Assembly: GCA_965248445.1 (NCBI GenBank)
Contig: CBDFJG010000003.1
Location: 448,001 to 512,000 of the forward strand
DNA: 64,000 nucleotides
Reading direction: 5' to 3'
Source: Planctomycetota bacterium
GTDB lineage: Bacteria; Planctomycetota; JAJSAM01; JAJVHW01
In this document: piece after piece, positions 10,168-21,646 of the stretch
Layout: every line of letters begins with the position of its first letter
How positions within the stretch are numbered: the stretch's first letter is position 1
Notes under the pieces: generated by a model
The model's database searches: none
What the model saw: only the letters and a program-made list of their open reading frames with translations
Told to the model about the DNA's origin: nothing
Position numbers and translations under genes: made by a program

Positions 10168-10743
10168 GTGACCAACAAGCGGATCAGCCGCGCCAAGAAG
10201 GCTGCCGTGAGACTCGCGGTGGCCTTTGGTCTTCTGTGGATCGCCACGTCAGGGGCAACGGCACAGGACGCACGCGTCGAGAAGGCCGTGCAGCTGGCCA
10301 CGCACCAGGGCGGCTACCACGTCAAGCTGCGCGCGCTGGCTGAGCTTGCGGAGATCGACACGCGACAGTCACGCGAAGCGATGGTCGCGCTCGCCGACTC
10401 CTCTGATGAGCGCACGTCGATCGTGGCGCTCACCTCCCTCGCCCGCGCGGACTTCCCCGCAGCGCGGACCCACCTGCGCGAGGTCTTCGAGGACCGCCGC
10501 CGCAGCAAGGGCATTCGCTCGGCCGCCCTGGGCGGGCTCCTCAAGCAACTCCGCGAGAGCGGAGAGGACCACGAGACGGTGGCGGCCTATGTAGCGCTCA
10601 AGGCCGGCGACTCAGAAGCCCTCACAGGCATGGCCTCGGCCGTCAGCGCGCGGCTCTGGGAGGAGGTTGCCCAAGACCCCGAAGTAGCTGACCCCGCCGA
10701 GCCCACGACCGACGACGCCGGCGCCGCGAAGGAAGGGGAGTAG
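10168..10743 (+). CDS. Secreted HEAT-repeat protein, directly upstream of the RHS gene
   Basis: Signal-like LAVAFGLLWIATSGATA-QD, then KLRALAELAEI, SIVALTSLAR, IRSAALGGL. Start uncertain (ORF begins 10063). Confidence 0.7.
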   Translation: MTNKRISRAKKAAVRLAVAFGLLWIATSGATAQDARVEKAVQLATHQGGYHVKLRALAELAEIDTRQSREAMVALADSSDERTSIVALTSLARADFPAARTHLREVFEDRRRSKGIRSAALGGLLKQLRESGEDHETVAAYVALKAGDSEALTGMASAVSARLWEEVAQDPEVADPAEPTTDDAGAAKEGE

Positions 10744-10771
10744 CCTGACCAACGCGAGCAACACCGCCAAG

Positions 10772-13700
10772 TTGACCTCCCTGCTGGCCACTGCGCTGCT
10801 CCTCTTCCTCGCGCCGCTGGCCATGGCGACGGACACCGACGGCGACGGTCTGTCGGACATGTTCGAGGGCATGATCGGGACGAACCCCGACCAGGCCGAC
10901 ACCGACGGCGACAACCTCGACGACTACGAAGAGGTCTACGAGATCGGCACCGACCCGAACCTCACGGACTCCGACGGGGACGCGACGCAGGACGACACCG
11001 ACACGTATCCGTTGCTGCTCTCGTCCGGTGACCACGACGGCGTGAGCACCGTGATGTTCAACACGCCCGACACCGGCAACAACGAAGCCCCCTCAGGCGA
11101 GAGCCCGCAAGACGGCTTCGGGGTCATGATGCACAACGGCGAGCTGATTTTCTCGTCGGGTGCCGGCGGTGCCAAGGGCGTCGGCATGCCGTTCGGGATG
11201 TCCATGATCTACCGCTCGCAGTCCGACTACGACGGCGCGCTCGGCATGAACTGGTTCTGGATCGGCTTCCTGTCGTTCACCGACAACGGGACCACCGGCT
11301 CGATGAACTGGATCAACGGCACGACACTCACGTTCACCGAATCAGGAGGCACCTGGACGCACGACGACGACGGCTGGCTCGGCACTCTGGAGGAGACGTC
11401 TCCGGACTCGGGCGACTTCACGTACACGCTTCCGAACGGCCTCGAGTTCCTGTTCACGATCGCCGGCAAGATCGACACGATCACCGATCGCTTCGGCAAC
11501 GCCCTCGCGTTCACGCACAACGGATCGGGGCAGCTCACGTCGGCCACCGACACGCGTGGTGAGTCGCACACGATCGCCTACTACTCCACCGGCCGCATCA
11601 AGTCGATCACCTACTCGGACAAACGCAAGTGGACGTTCATCTACAACGTCAACGCACAGCTTGCCCGCATCGAGGGACCGACGACCGCGAGCTTCCCGAA
11701 CGGGATCACCCAGGAGTTCCGCTACATCAACGGCTCGGCGATCTCGTCGCTCAACGATAATCTGACGGTCGCCATCGACGGCCGCGGCAACCACTGGCTG
11801 CACAACGAGTACGACACGTCGGACCGGGTAACGAAGCAGACTACGAACGGCTTCGCGTTCGAGCTCGACTACACGAACATCGGGTCGCAGAAGACGTCCG
11901 TTACCGACCGTGCCGGCAACGACCGTGACTGGGAGTGGGATGCGAGCAAGCTCACTAGGACCAAGCTCACGCAGTTCAGCAACCGCGACGTCCGCACGGG
12001 CGACCCCACGAGCTGGATCACCGAATGGACACACGACGCTGACGGATACCTGATCGAGGTCGAACTCCCGCGCGGCAACGGCACCGAGTACACGCTCAAC
12101 TCGGTCAAACTCCCGACGGAGATCCGCCGCAAGACCGACGTGGATGCCGCCAACCACACCTCCGACCTGGTGACGACGATCGCATACGACTCGGCGAAGT
12201 ACTACGGCAAGACGTCCGTCACAGATCCGCGCGGCAACGAGACCGAGTACATCCTGAACTCAAATGGTCAGCCGACGACGATCGAATTCCCCGACTCGAC
12301 CCACATCTCCCCGTCCCAGTCGATCAGCCACACCTTGACCTACAACTCGGACGGCACGCTGGCCAGCCGGACCGACGGCGAGAGCAAGAAGACGAGCTAC
12401 GTCTACTACACGAAGCCGGCCGCCAAGAAGGGCCGTGTCAACACTGTCGAGGTCGACGACGCCGTCGGGGGCCTCAATCTGGTCACGACGTACGACTACA
12501 CCGATTGGGGCGACGTCAAGGAGGTCACCGACCCCGAGGGCCACAAGACGACGTACACCGTCGAGGCCTACGGCAACGTCACCAAGATCACCTACCCCGC
12601 GTCGCTCGGCTACATCACGGAGTTCCAGCACGACGGCAACCTCAACGTCACCAAGAAGAAGGTCAAGAACATCGACGAGACCGGGACGTGGCAGAGCACG
12701 CCGAAGTCGTGGTGGGAGACCGACAACACGTACACCGAGATGGACAAGATCTCGACGGTCAACGAGGACATCGACGCGATGAACACGCGCGAGACGGTCT
12801 TCCTCTACGACGAGAACGACAACCTCGAGAGCGTCGAGGTCGGCTCCATCATCGTGACGTCCTACTACGACGAGCGCGACCTGCTCTTCCAGCGGATCGG
12901 CAACGAGGGCACCGGCACGGCGATCAACGCGGTGCACGAGTACACCTACGACGCCAACGGCAACCTCACGGACTACGAGGACCCGCGCAGCAAGGTCACG
13001 AACCACGAGTACGACCTGTTCGACCGCCGGGAGAAGACGATCAACGCGCTCGATCACTACGTGACGACGAGCTTCGACGAGGGTGGGAACGCCGTCGAGC
13101 GCAAGTGGTACGAGGAGGCCGGCACGACGGACACGCTGATGGCGCACGAGAAGCGCACGTACGATGAGCTGAACCGCTTCTACAAGGAAGAGGCGGCGCT
13201 GATCGACACCACGACGACGTGGAAGACGCGCACGCTCGAGCTCGACAAGCGCGGGCTCGTGACGAAGCGGACCGACCGTCGGAACAACGCGACGACGTTC
13301 CTCTACGACGGCGCCGGGCGCCGAATCAAGTCCACCGACGCCGAGGGCAATGAAGTCGAATCGGAGATTGACGACAACGGCAACGTCACAAAGATCACGG
13401 AGAAGGAGACCATCCCCGGCTCCGGCACGGAGTCGTTTGTGACGGAGTTCACCTACGACAAGGTCAACCGCCGCACGAAGCAGACGGTCATCGACCGCAA
13501 CCTCTCCACCAACAAGAAGATCACGGAGTGGAAGTGGAACAGCCGCAACGTGGTCGCCGAGACCGTCGATCCGATGACGTGGAAGACGACCTTCGTGCAC
13601 GACGGCTTGGGCCGCGTGACCAAGGAGACCCGCGACATGGCGGGATCCGACGACATCGTCACGGAGTGGACGATCGACGAGAACAGCAACATCACCCAGC

Positions 13701-15940
13701 TGAAGGACGACAATCTCAACACGACGGACTACGCCTACGACGCGCTCGGTCGCCTGACCACCAAGACGTACGACGACGCGGAGACCGCGACGTACGCGTA
13801 CGACGACACGAACAATCTGATCGACTTCACGGACCAGAACGGCACGCAGGTCGACTACGCGTACGACGATCTCAATCGTCTCACCGATCGAGATGCCACG
13901 CTCGGCACCGGTGTTGGCGGGGACGATACGGAGGACTTCGCGTACGACGCGCTGAACCGCCTCACCGAGGCGAAGGACGACGATTCGATCGTCCAGTACA
14001 CGTACGACTCACTCGGTCGTGTGCTGACCGAGAAGCAGGGACCGAACCCGCTCGGAACCGCCGGGATGACGGTGACGTTCACGTACGATGACGGAGGCAA
14101 TGCGACGAAGATTGCCTACCCCTCCGGATTCGAGGCGCGGCGGACGTTCGACGAGATCGGCCGCGTCACCGCTATCGACGACAAGTCGGATGCGGACGTT
14201 GCGGACTTCGATCTCTACGGGGCCGGTTCGCGGCGCAAGCAGGTGAGCTTTGCCAACGGGACCACGTCGACCTACACCTACGACGGGTTCCGCCGCCCGA
14301 CCGACATCGCGCACGAGGACTCGGGGAGCACGGAGTTCGCCGGCTTCGAGTACGGGTGGGACAAGAACGACAACCCGACCTACGAGGAGCGCAGTCACCA
14401 GTCGGACAAGGGCGATGCCTACGACTACGACCAGGCCAACCGCCTGATCGAAGTGCTCCAGGACGCGGATGATCCGACCAACGTGACCACGTATGGCGAC
14501 AAGGTCGAGTACAATCTCGACGACGTGCTGAACTTCAGCTCGGTCGTGACGACGCCGTACGGCCAGAGCGGTTCGACGGTCAACTACACGTCGAACGGGA
14601 TGAACGAGTACACCGACATCGGCGGCACGACACGGACGTTCGACGACAACGGGAACCTCGCCGACGACGGGACGTACGAGTACACGTACGACTGGCACAA
14701 CCACCTGATCAAGGTGGAGGACTCGGGGACCACCGACGTGGTTGCGGAGTACGACTACGACTGCGTGGGGCGCGGCCGGCGGATCGAGAAGGTCGTCGGG
14801 TCGGACACGACGCGGTTCGTGTACGCGGACCAGCAGTGCCTCGAGGAACTCGACGGGTCGGATAACCTGTTGCGGCTGTTCGTGTTCGGTGAGGCGCTCG
14901 ACGAGATCGTGATGATGGAGGCCGAGGACGTTGCGGATGTCGACAGTGACTCGAACACCACGGAGCTGAAGCGGTTCTACTACCACCAGCAGTTGATCGG
15001 GTCCGTCACGCACATCACGGATCCAGACGAGGTGGTGGTCGAAAGCTACGACTACGGGCCGTACGGGGAGTTCGTGATCTTCGACATCGGGAGTTCGGTG
15101 GTGTCCAACTCGCAGACCGGGAATCCGTTCCTATTCACTGGGCGGAGGCTCGATGAGGAGACGGGGATGTACTACTACCGCGCACGGCACTACGACCCGG
15201 AGAACGGGCGGTTCCTGCAGCGGGATCCGTTGGAGTACGTGGACGGACCGAACGCCCGAGGATATGTGCGGGGCCGTCCGGCCGCCGGGCGAGATCCGAC
15301 CGGGTTGAAGGAGAACGATCACTCCGGACTCGTCGGCGAATCACTTGGGACGGTGAGTTCACCGACATTCAACTCGCCGCAGCGGCCGGTGCCGGGGTGC
15401 AGGCCTGGCGGAGTGGACCCGACCATTGAGCGGATCAAGAGCATCACGAAGCAGCCGGGTACGGACTACACGGTGGAGGAGAACGAGGAGAGCGAGTACA
15501 ACGAGGACGGTTCCATTACTCGGTGGTGGGATGAGGTCGTGTACGCCAAGTTCAAGGTGGTGACGGAGTATGTACGCGTCGAGCACTACATCCCTGTCGA
15601 CGATATCGACCGATGGGACATCGCCACGTGGGCTTCGGCCCTTGCCGCGGTAGCCGGCGATCCGGTCAGTGGGGTCGCCGCCGTTGGGTACTCCGTTACG
15701 GGTGCTGTGATGGAGGACGGCAATGTAACCCGGGAGGTCGTTTGGCCTGGGCGCACGTTCTACGTGACGCTCGAGGTCTCCCGAATCGGTAAATCAGAGA
15801 CAACCCGCATGGTTGCCAGCACTCCAGGCGGGGGCAGCAAGCCGGAGCCCAAGGATTACAGTTGGCCTCCGGCCATCACACCGGGCGGAGGGATCGACGT
15901 CCCAGATCCCACCGAAGGCGGCGGAGGCAGGCAGAAGTAG
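10772..15940 (+). CDS. RHS/YD-repeat protein with signal peptide, Ca-binding DxDxDG repeats and a ~210-aa unknown C-terminal domain
   Basis: LLATALLLFLAPLAMA, DTDGDGLSD/DTDGDNLDD, many YD repeats, core NPFLFTGRRLDEETGMYYYRARHYDPENGRFLQRDP...PAAGRDPTG. An in-frame CTG at 10745 behind GGGGAG is an alternative start. Confidence 0.95.
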   Translation: MTSLLATALLLFLAPLAMATDTDGDGLSDMFEGMIGTNPDQADTDGDNLDDYEEVYEIGTDPNLTDSDGDATQDDTDTYPLLLSSGDHDGVSTVMFNTPDTGNNEAPSGESPQDGFGVMMHNGELIFSSGAGGAKGVGMPFGMSMIYRSQSDYDGALGMNWFWIGFLSFTDNGTTGSMNWINGTTLTFTESGGTWTHDDDGWLGTLEETSPDSGDFTYTLPNGLEFLFTIAGKIDTITDRFGNALAFTHNGSGQLTSATDTRGESHTIAYYSTGRIKSITYSDKRKWTFIYNVNAQLARIEGPTTASFPNGITQEFRYINGSAISSLNDNLTVAIDGRGNHWLHNEYDTSDRVTKQTTNGFAFELDYTNIGSQKTSVTDRAGNDRDWEWDASKLTRTKLTQFSNRDVRTGDPTSWITEWTHDADGYLIEVELPRGNGTEYTLNSVKLPTEIRRKTDVDAANHTSDLVTTIAYDSAKYYGKTSVTDPRGNETEYILNSNGQPTTIEFPDSTHISPSQSISHTLTYNSDGTLASRTDGESKKTSYVYYTKPAAKKGRVNTVEVDDAVGGLNLVTTYDYTDWGDVKEVTDPEGHKTTYTVEAYGNVTKITYPASLGYITEFQHDGNLNVTKKKVKNIDETGTWQSTPKSWWETDNTYTEMDKISTVNEDIDAMNTRETVFLYDENDNLESVEVGSIIVTSYYDERDLLFQRIGNEGTGTAINAVHEYTYDANGNLTDYEDPRSKVTNHEYDLFDRREKTINALDHYVTTSFDEGGNAVERKWYEEAGTTDTLMAHEKRTYDELNRFYKEEAALIDTTTTWKTRTLELDKRGLVTKRTDRRNNATTFLYDGAGRRIKSTDAEGNEVESEIDDNGNVTKITEKETIPGSGTESFVTEFTYDKVNRRTKQTVIDRNLSTNKKITEWKWNSRNVVAETVDPMTWKTTFVHDGLGRVTKETRDMAGSDDIVTEWTIDENSNITQLKDDNLNTTDYAYDALGRLTTKTYDDAETATYAYDDTNNLIDFTDQNGTQVDYAYDDLNRLTDRDATLGTGVGGDDTEDFAYDALNRLTEAKDDDSIVQYTYDSLGRVLTEKQGPNPLGTAGMTVTFTYDDGGNATKIAYPSGFEARRTFDEIGRVTAIDDKSDADVADFDLYGAGSRRKQVSFANGTTSTYTYDGFRRPTDIAHEDSGSTEFAGFEYGWDKNDNPTYEERSHQSDKGDAYDYDQANRLIEVLQDADDPTNVTTYGDKVEYNLDDVLNFSSVVTTPYGQSGSTVNYTSNGMNEYTDIGGTTRTFDDNGNLADDGTYEYTYDWHNHLIKVEDSGTTDVVAEYDYDCVGRGRRIEKVVGSDTTRFVYADQQCLEELDGSDNLLRLFVFGEALDEIVMMEAEDVADVDSDSNTTELKRFYYHQQLIGSVTHITDPDEVVVESYDYGPYGEFVIFDIGSSVVSNSQTGNPFLFTGRRLDEETGMYYYRARHYDPENGRFLQRDPLEYVDGPNARGYVRGRPAAGRDPTGLKENDHSGLVGESLGTVSSPTFNSPQRPVPGCRPGGVDPTIERIKSITKQPGTDYTVEENEESEYNEDGSITRWWDEVVYAKFKVVTEYVRVEHYIPVDDIDRWDIATWASALAAVAGDPVSGVAAVGYSVTGAVMEDGNVTREVVWPGRTFYVTLEVSRIGKSETTRMVASTPGGGSKPEPKDYSWPPAITPGGGIDVPDPTEGGGGRQK

Positions 15941-15967
15941 GAGGCCCTTCAGCGGGAGGTGCGGGAC

Positions 15968-16807
15968 ATGCGCAAGAGAATGTGGTGGTGCGCAGCGGCG
16001 GTGGCGCTCGTGGGGTTCGCTGCCGCCGCGCTGTGGGTTCGCGGCGCAAGAGGCCCGACGGGGGACGTGTCAATTCCACTTGGCCACGGGCAGCAGCTGG
16101 TCGCCGTCAACATCGACGCAGGACGCCTGCAGGTTCAGGCACGAACCCTGTTTCAGGGATACTCGCTGGAGAACAGCGCTCCGTACTTGATCGGCGTGAA
16201 CGAAATCACCGTCGGTCAATGGAACGCCGTGATGCACGATGTCGATACACCTCGATCGGCCCGCGACCTCCCCAAGTCGGACTTGAGCTATCTGGATTGC
16301 ATGGAATTCGTCGACAAGCTCAACGGGCTGATTGGCCCGGAGTGGCTGGTCACGTTGCCAACGGAGATTCAGTGGGAATACGCTTGCCGCGCAGGCGAGT
16401 CCGTCGATTTGACGCACGAAGACGAGGGATTTGACGCGAGGGTCTGGCACCGAGACAACTGCGGATCCAGCACAACACCACCGTGGGGCACGAGGCCCTT
16501 GCCGGGTCGAGCAGTTCGATACGGCGTCGAAGTGCAGCCGGTCTGCTCGAAGGAGGCGAATGCCTGGGGCCTGCACGACATGCTCGGGAACGTCGCCGAG
16601 TGGTGCATGCTCGATGATACGTGGGAGTCGTCGTCCGTCCTCCCGCCGAGCCCGTATGCTGCGACGTCGACGGGCGAGGGGGGCGCGCTCAGGGGCGACA
16701 GCGTCGGGAGCGATCCCCGGGGGGTATCTCCGCGGAGTCGTGCCGTCGTGAACTCCTCCGTGCCCACGCCGAACGGTGGTTTCCGAGTGGTGCTGACGGC
16801 GCGCTAA
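15968..16807 (+). CDS. FGE-sulfatase/SUMF1-domain protein with N-terminal membrane anchor
   Basis: EITVGQW, LPTEIQWEYACRAG, NAWGLHDMLGNVAEWC, GFRVV. Confidence 0.9.
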   Translation: MRKRMWWCAAAVALVGFAAAALWVRGARGPTGDVSIPLGHGQQLVAVNIDAGRLQVQARTLFQGYSLENSAPYLIGVNEITVGQWNAVMHDVDTPRSARDLPKSDLSYLDCMEFVDKLNGLIGPEWLVTLPTEIQWEYACRAGESVDLTHEDEGFDARVWHRDNCGSSTTPPWGTRPLPGRAVRYGVEVQPVCSKEANAWGLHDMLGNVAEWCMLDDTWESSSVLPPSPYAATSTGEGGALRGDSVGSDPRGVSPRSRAVVNSSVPTPNGGFRVVLTAR

Positions 16808-16949
16808 GGCGTTGGTGCACGGATCGAAGCTCGCCAACGGTGCCCCAGCGGGCGACGACCTCTACACGCCGACCGCGTCGGACGCGGGCCGGGCGAATCC
16901 GATCATCCTGTTGAGGATGTTGCACGCGAGGAGCGCCTCCACTTCCTGC
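16808..16949 (-). mobile_element. IS5 (IS903 group) right-end remnant
   Basis: GGCGTTGGTGCACGGATCGAA matches the end at 1803. Minus strand encodes QEVEALLACNILNRM. Confidence 0.8.
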
Positions 16950-17997
16950 GTAACCGTTCACCCCTTGACAGCGTGTGAGCCTCAGCGTGCGAGGGGCAGC
17001 GGGACCATGACGGGCGGGTCGGCGCCGGTGAGGTGCGCGGCGACCGAGTCGGCGAGGAAGTCGAAGACTTGGTCGCCACGGCGTCGCAGCGTGGCCGCGG
17101 CGGTCAACACGCGCTCGGCGAAGCGGAGTCCGCGAGCGGACTGGCTTCCGAAGGAGCCCTTGCGCCAGAGCACCGCTTTGCGGACCGCGCGCTCGGCGGC
17201 GTTGTTGGTCGGACTCACGTCCTGGGTCCGCGCATAGGTGAAGAGGGCGACCACGCGGGGGCGCAGATGGTTGGCCAGAGCCGAGTCGTCGTTCGCGATC
17301 AGTCGCTCGAGCCGTCCGCGCAGCACAGCGGCTTCGCCTTGCAGCCGGTCACGGTCGCCGTGCTCACCGAAGAGCCGGTAGCTGCGCATGACCGACTGCG
17401 CGATCATGACGCCCTTGTTGCCGAAGCGGCGATGTCCTCGCGGGCCTTCGGCCAGCGCACGGAAGGCGCGCTCGATGTGCGCCCAGCAGAGCTGGCGGCG
17501 GGCAAGTGGGTGTGACTCGTAGGCACCCATCCGGTCGCTGATCACCGTGCCACCGAAGCGCCGCCCGATCAGCCGCCCTTTCGCCTTGGCACTGCGGCGG
17601 CGATCGATCCCGAAGGCTGTGGCGTGCTCGCTCTCCGCCGCCCACAGCCAGCACACCCGGCCCCGTTCCTTCCACGACGTCTCGTCCACGTTGGCTCGCA
17701 GCGACGTGCGGACTGCCCCGAGGGCTTCGAGGTACGACGAGTGCAGAGCGTCACTGAGCCGACGCTCACAGTCGCTGATCTTGCCCAGCGACATCTTCAC
17801 ACCGAAGATCTCACCGAGCAGCCGCTGCGTCTCCCGCACGCTCACGCGGTACACGCCGCGCAGCGCGCCGGCAAGTGTGGTCAGCCGCGGACCGAAGGCC
17901 CCGGTCGGCACGCCATCGGGCAGGACCGCCGTCGTGACCGCACGACAGCGCCGGCACCGCGCCTTGTGCAGCCGGTGCTCCCGCACCGTGACGAGCA

Positions 17998-20900
17998 GGT
18001 AGCGTCCCACGAAGTGTGTAAATGCCGCGGGCCGGCGTCACCGCCGGCCGGGGCTCCGACAGACGGTCTGTCGGAGTCATCGGCTGCGATCTGTGAGTCA
18101 AACCCAGACCACAGGAGGCAGACCGATGACGCAGGAGATCGTGCGCGACGAGGGGACACTTGCCAAGGTGCTGGGGGGCCCGGAGGGGGACTTCTTGCGG
18201 GAGGCGCTCACGCGCTTCGTCCACGAGCTGATGGAGGCCGAGGCGACAGCCCGAGCCGGAGCGGAGCCGTACGAGCGCAGCGAGCTCAGGCGCGCGTACC
18301 GCAACGGACACCGGGGACGGCAGTGGCTCACGCGGCTCGGTGAGATCGCGCTGCAGGTCCCCCGGCTGCGTGACGCCAGCTACTTCCCGAGCTTCCTCGA
18401 GGCGCGCAAGCGCGGCGAGCGGGCGCTGGTGTCGGTGGTCCAGGAGGCCTACGTGCTGGGGCTCAGCACGCGCAAGGTGGACGAGCTCGTCGAGGTGATG
18501 GGCGGCACCGGCGTGTCCAAGAGCACCGTGAGCCGGCTCTGCAAGGAGCTCGACCAGGAGGCGGCCGCCTTCCGCGAGCGCCCGCTTGAGGGCGCGGTGC
18601 CCTACCTGTGGCTCGACGCCGTGTACGAGAAGGTCAGGGAAGGCGGCCACGTGATCTCGATGGCGGTCGTGCTGGCGATCGGCGTCGCCCAGGACGGCAC
18701 GCGCAGCGTGATCGGCGTGGACGTGGGCCACACCGAGGACGAGGCCTTCTGGACGTACCCGTTCAGGGTATGACGATCCGCGGCCTCAGCGCGTGATCGG
18801 GAGCGCGACGAGAGCCGGCGGCGAGCGGTTGTGCGCGAGTGCCGCGCTGACGTCTGCGAGGTAATCGAAGACGCTCTCGCCACGCTGGCGGAGCGTGGCG
18901 GTGACGGTCAGGATGCGCTCGACGAAGCGGAGTCCGCGCTCGCTCTGACTTCCGTGCGTTGCGCGTCTCCACAGGACCGGCTTGCGCACCGCGCGCTCAG
19001 CGGCGTTGTTCGTCGGGGAGACGCCAGGGACGTCGGCGAAGGTCCACAGAGCCTCCGCTCGGTCGAGCAGATGCCGAGTCGTTCCGCGTACTCGGCGGTG
19101 CTTGCTGTCTGCGCCGCGCACGAGCAGCGTCAGGAGTCGGTCCCATGTGAGACGCAGCTCACGCCGCATGCGGTCGCGGTCCCCGTGCTCGCCGAAGTGA
19201 CGCTGAGCTCGCATGACAGCCTGGGCGAGACGCACGGCCTGCTTGCCGAAGCGCCGGCCGCCGCGCGAGCCCTCGGCCAGCGCTCGAAAGTCCCTCTCGA
19301 GATGCGCCCAGCAGATCTGGCGGCGCTCGGTGGGATGCTGGTCGTAAGCGCCCATACGGTCGGTCACGAGGACGCCCCTGAAGCGCTTGCCCACGAGTCG
19401 CCGCATGGCCTTGGCGCTCCTGCGCCGATCGATACGATGGACCGTGGCGTGCTCACAGACCGCGCTCCACAGCCAATGCAGCGTGCCACGACGCGACCAC
19501 GGTGTCTCGTCTACATAGGCGACGCTGCTCGTGCGTACGGCCCCGAGGGCCTCGATGTGCGCTGAGGAGATGGCTCCCGACACCCGCTCCTCGATCGCAC
19601 TGACCGTGCCCGGTGACATCGAGACGCCGATGACGTCACGCAACAGACGACTGGTCTCGCGCCGCGACAGGCGGAAGACGCCGACCAGAGCCGCGGTGAG
19701 CGCACAGAGTCGCGGGCCGAAGGGACTCGCCGTCACACCGCTTGGCAGCGAGGCAGTGGACGTGGCGCCACAGTCCGTGCACCGTGCCCGGTGCAACCGG
19801 TGCTCGGTCACCTGGATCAGCCGTGGCGGGACCTCGAAGACCTGCTGGCGTGTCGGGGCGCGATCGATCGGGACGAGCACGTCGCTCCCACACGCGCTGC
19901 ACTCGCGCGGGCGGTGGTCCTCTACGCCATCGACCTCGGACTCGTCCACGAGCTTGCGCGTCGCCCCTTTGTGGCCGGGCTGCGCACCCTGGCGCTTGTC
20001 CGACGGCGGCTTGCGCCGCCGCCGCTTCTTGGACCACGACGGATCCGAGGACGGTGGGCGCGAGGAGGTGCGGGAGTCCCGGCGAAGACGGCTCTCGAGA
20101 TCGTCGATCCGTGCCGCCTGCCGCTCGATCACCTCCGCCTGCTCGGCAATCGTCTCGTCCCGAGCGTCCAGACGACGGGTCAGGCGCTCGACCAGATCAC
20201 GCAGCTCATCGGTGCCCACATCCGATTCATCGACCGAACGGAAAGCGATCTGGATCCGAGCTCAGAACCAAGGGCTGAACGGGTACTTCTGGACGAGCTT
20301 CTTGCGCTCGCTGGTGCAGCGCGGCCTGGAAGGCGTGCAACTCGTCGTCAGTGACGCGCACGGAGGGCTGCGCAACGCGATCGGCAAGGTCCTCGTGGGC
20401 GCGACCTGGCAGCGCTGCCGCGTGCACACGATGCGCAACGTCCTGACCCACGTGCCCAAGCAGCAGCAGGCCATGGTGATGGCGGCCGTGAAGACGATCT
20501 TCGCCCAGCCGAGCCAGGAGCAGGCGCTCGCTCAGCTCGCGCAGATCGTCGAGACGCTCCGGAAGAAGTGCCCGAAGGCCGCCGACGTCCTCGAAGACGC
20601 GGCCGAGGACGTCTTGGCCTACATGGCCTTCCCGTCCGAGCACTGGCGCCAGATCCACTCGACCAACCCGCTCGAGCGCCAGAACAAGGAGATCCGGCGC
20701 CGGACCCGCGTCGTGGGCATCTTCCCCAACCGAGCGTCGCTGCTCCGACTCGTCACGATGCTGATGGCCGAGCAGCACGACGAGTGGCAGGCCGCCGAGC
20801 GGGCCTACATGAGCAAGACCTCGATGGCCAAGGTAGTGGAGTCGTTCACGCCGCCGCCGAGCTTGATGAAGGAGGTGGCCACCGGGTGACCGCGACCGCG

Positions 20901-21010
20901 TGGGGAGTCGGCTCCGGTCGGCCCTCCGGGCCTCCCTCCGCCGACTCCCCACGCACGATCACGAACCAACGACTCGCAGATCGAATCTCCACACTTGACG
21001 GGACACCAAC
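17998..21010 (+). mobile_element. IS256-family element (transposase 18126-20889) interrupted by an IS66
   Basis: Imperfect inverted ends, 8-bp duplication GACGAGCA (17990-17997, 21011-21018). Motifs YRNGHR, YLWLDA, VSDAHGGL, WQRCRVH, STNPLER. Confidence 0.93.
18755..20286 (-). mobile_element. Intact IS66 (ISBst12-like); transposase 18786-20219
   Basis: Ends GTACCCGTTCAG and CTGAACGGGTAC, 8-bp duplication TTCTGGAC, 477-aa TnpC-like ORF. Confidence 0.95.
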
Positions 21011-21470
21011 GACGAGCACGCGCGGGAGCACCGTCACCTGGTGCCGGTACGGATCGCCGATGCCCTGCTCGAGATCGTCGTGTCCGCACGCGTCGCAGCG
21101 GTCGGGACGGTGGTCCTTGGTCTCATCGACGTTGGACGGATCCACCAGCTCGCGCGCCGTGCCCTCATGGCCCGGCTGTCCGCCCTGCTTGCGACCGCTA
21201 CGCGGCCTTCGGCCGCGACGGCGCTTGGACCACGCCGGGTCCGACGACGGAGGCCTCGAGCTGTTGCGGGAGTCACGCTTCAGACGCGACTCGAGCTCGT
21301 CGATGCGGCGCAGATGCTTCGCTTCGCGACGCTCCAACTCCTCGATCCAGGCCAGAAGGCCCTCGACCATCGCCCGCAGATCCTCGTCCTGCCGCTCGCC
21401 CACAACATCTTGATCGACCGATGGCCGAACGATCTGGATCCTGGCTCGCGACGAAGGGGTGAACGGTTAC

Positions 21471-21597
21471 AGTCGCTCCGCAGCCACCCACAACGCCCCC
21501 TGTTGCTCCTCGCCACGCCTACCCAATGCCATGACCGTCCTCCCGGGCCGATCCCTACTCCTAGGAATCGGCCGGGACGCGGTTTTTCAACACGCTG
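21471..21597 (-). mobile_element. IS1182/IS5-like left-end remnant
   Basis: Minus strand CAGCGTGTTGAAAAA...GGAGG then MALGRRGEEQQGALWVAAERL, cut by the IS66 end. Confidence 0.65.
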
Positions 21598-21646
21598 TTA
21601 GACAGACGACGGCCCGCTCAGATTCCCGGCTGGTGAACGATCCGGG
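21598..21646 (-). mobile_element. IS1380 left-end remnant
   Basis: Reverse complement is nearly identical to 36226-36274 and is flanked by CTAG. Confidence 0.85.

Larger units (their letters stand above)
16950..21470 (-). mobile_element. IS66 (ISBst12-like, single ORF) interrupted by IS256; transposase 21403-21011 joined to 17997-16982
   Basis: Ends GTAACCGTTCACCCC and GGGGTGAACGGTTAC. Motifs NSSRPPSSDP, VDETSW, QLCWAH, PTNNAAERAVR. The outer flanks do not match. Confidence 0.9.

Noticed and set aside
15968..16807. FGE-domain gene as a diversity-generating retroelement target
   Set aside because: No reverse transcriptase gene and no template repeat matching its 3' end were seen in the window.
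1803..16835. Composite transposon between the near-identical IS5 ends at 1803 and 16808
   Set aside because: The ends are in direct, not inverted, orientation and share no target duplication.
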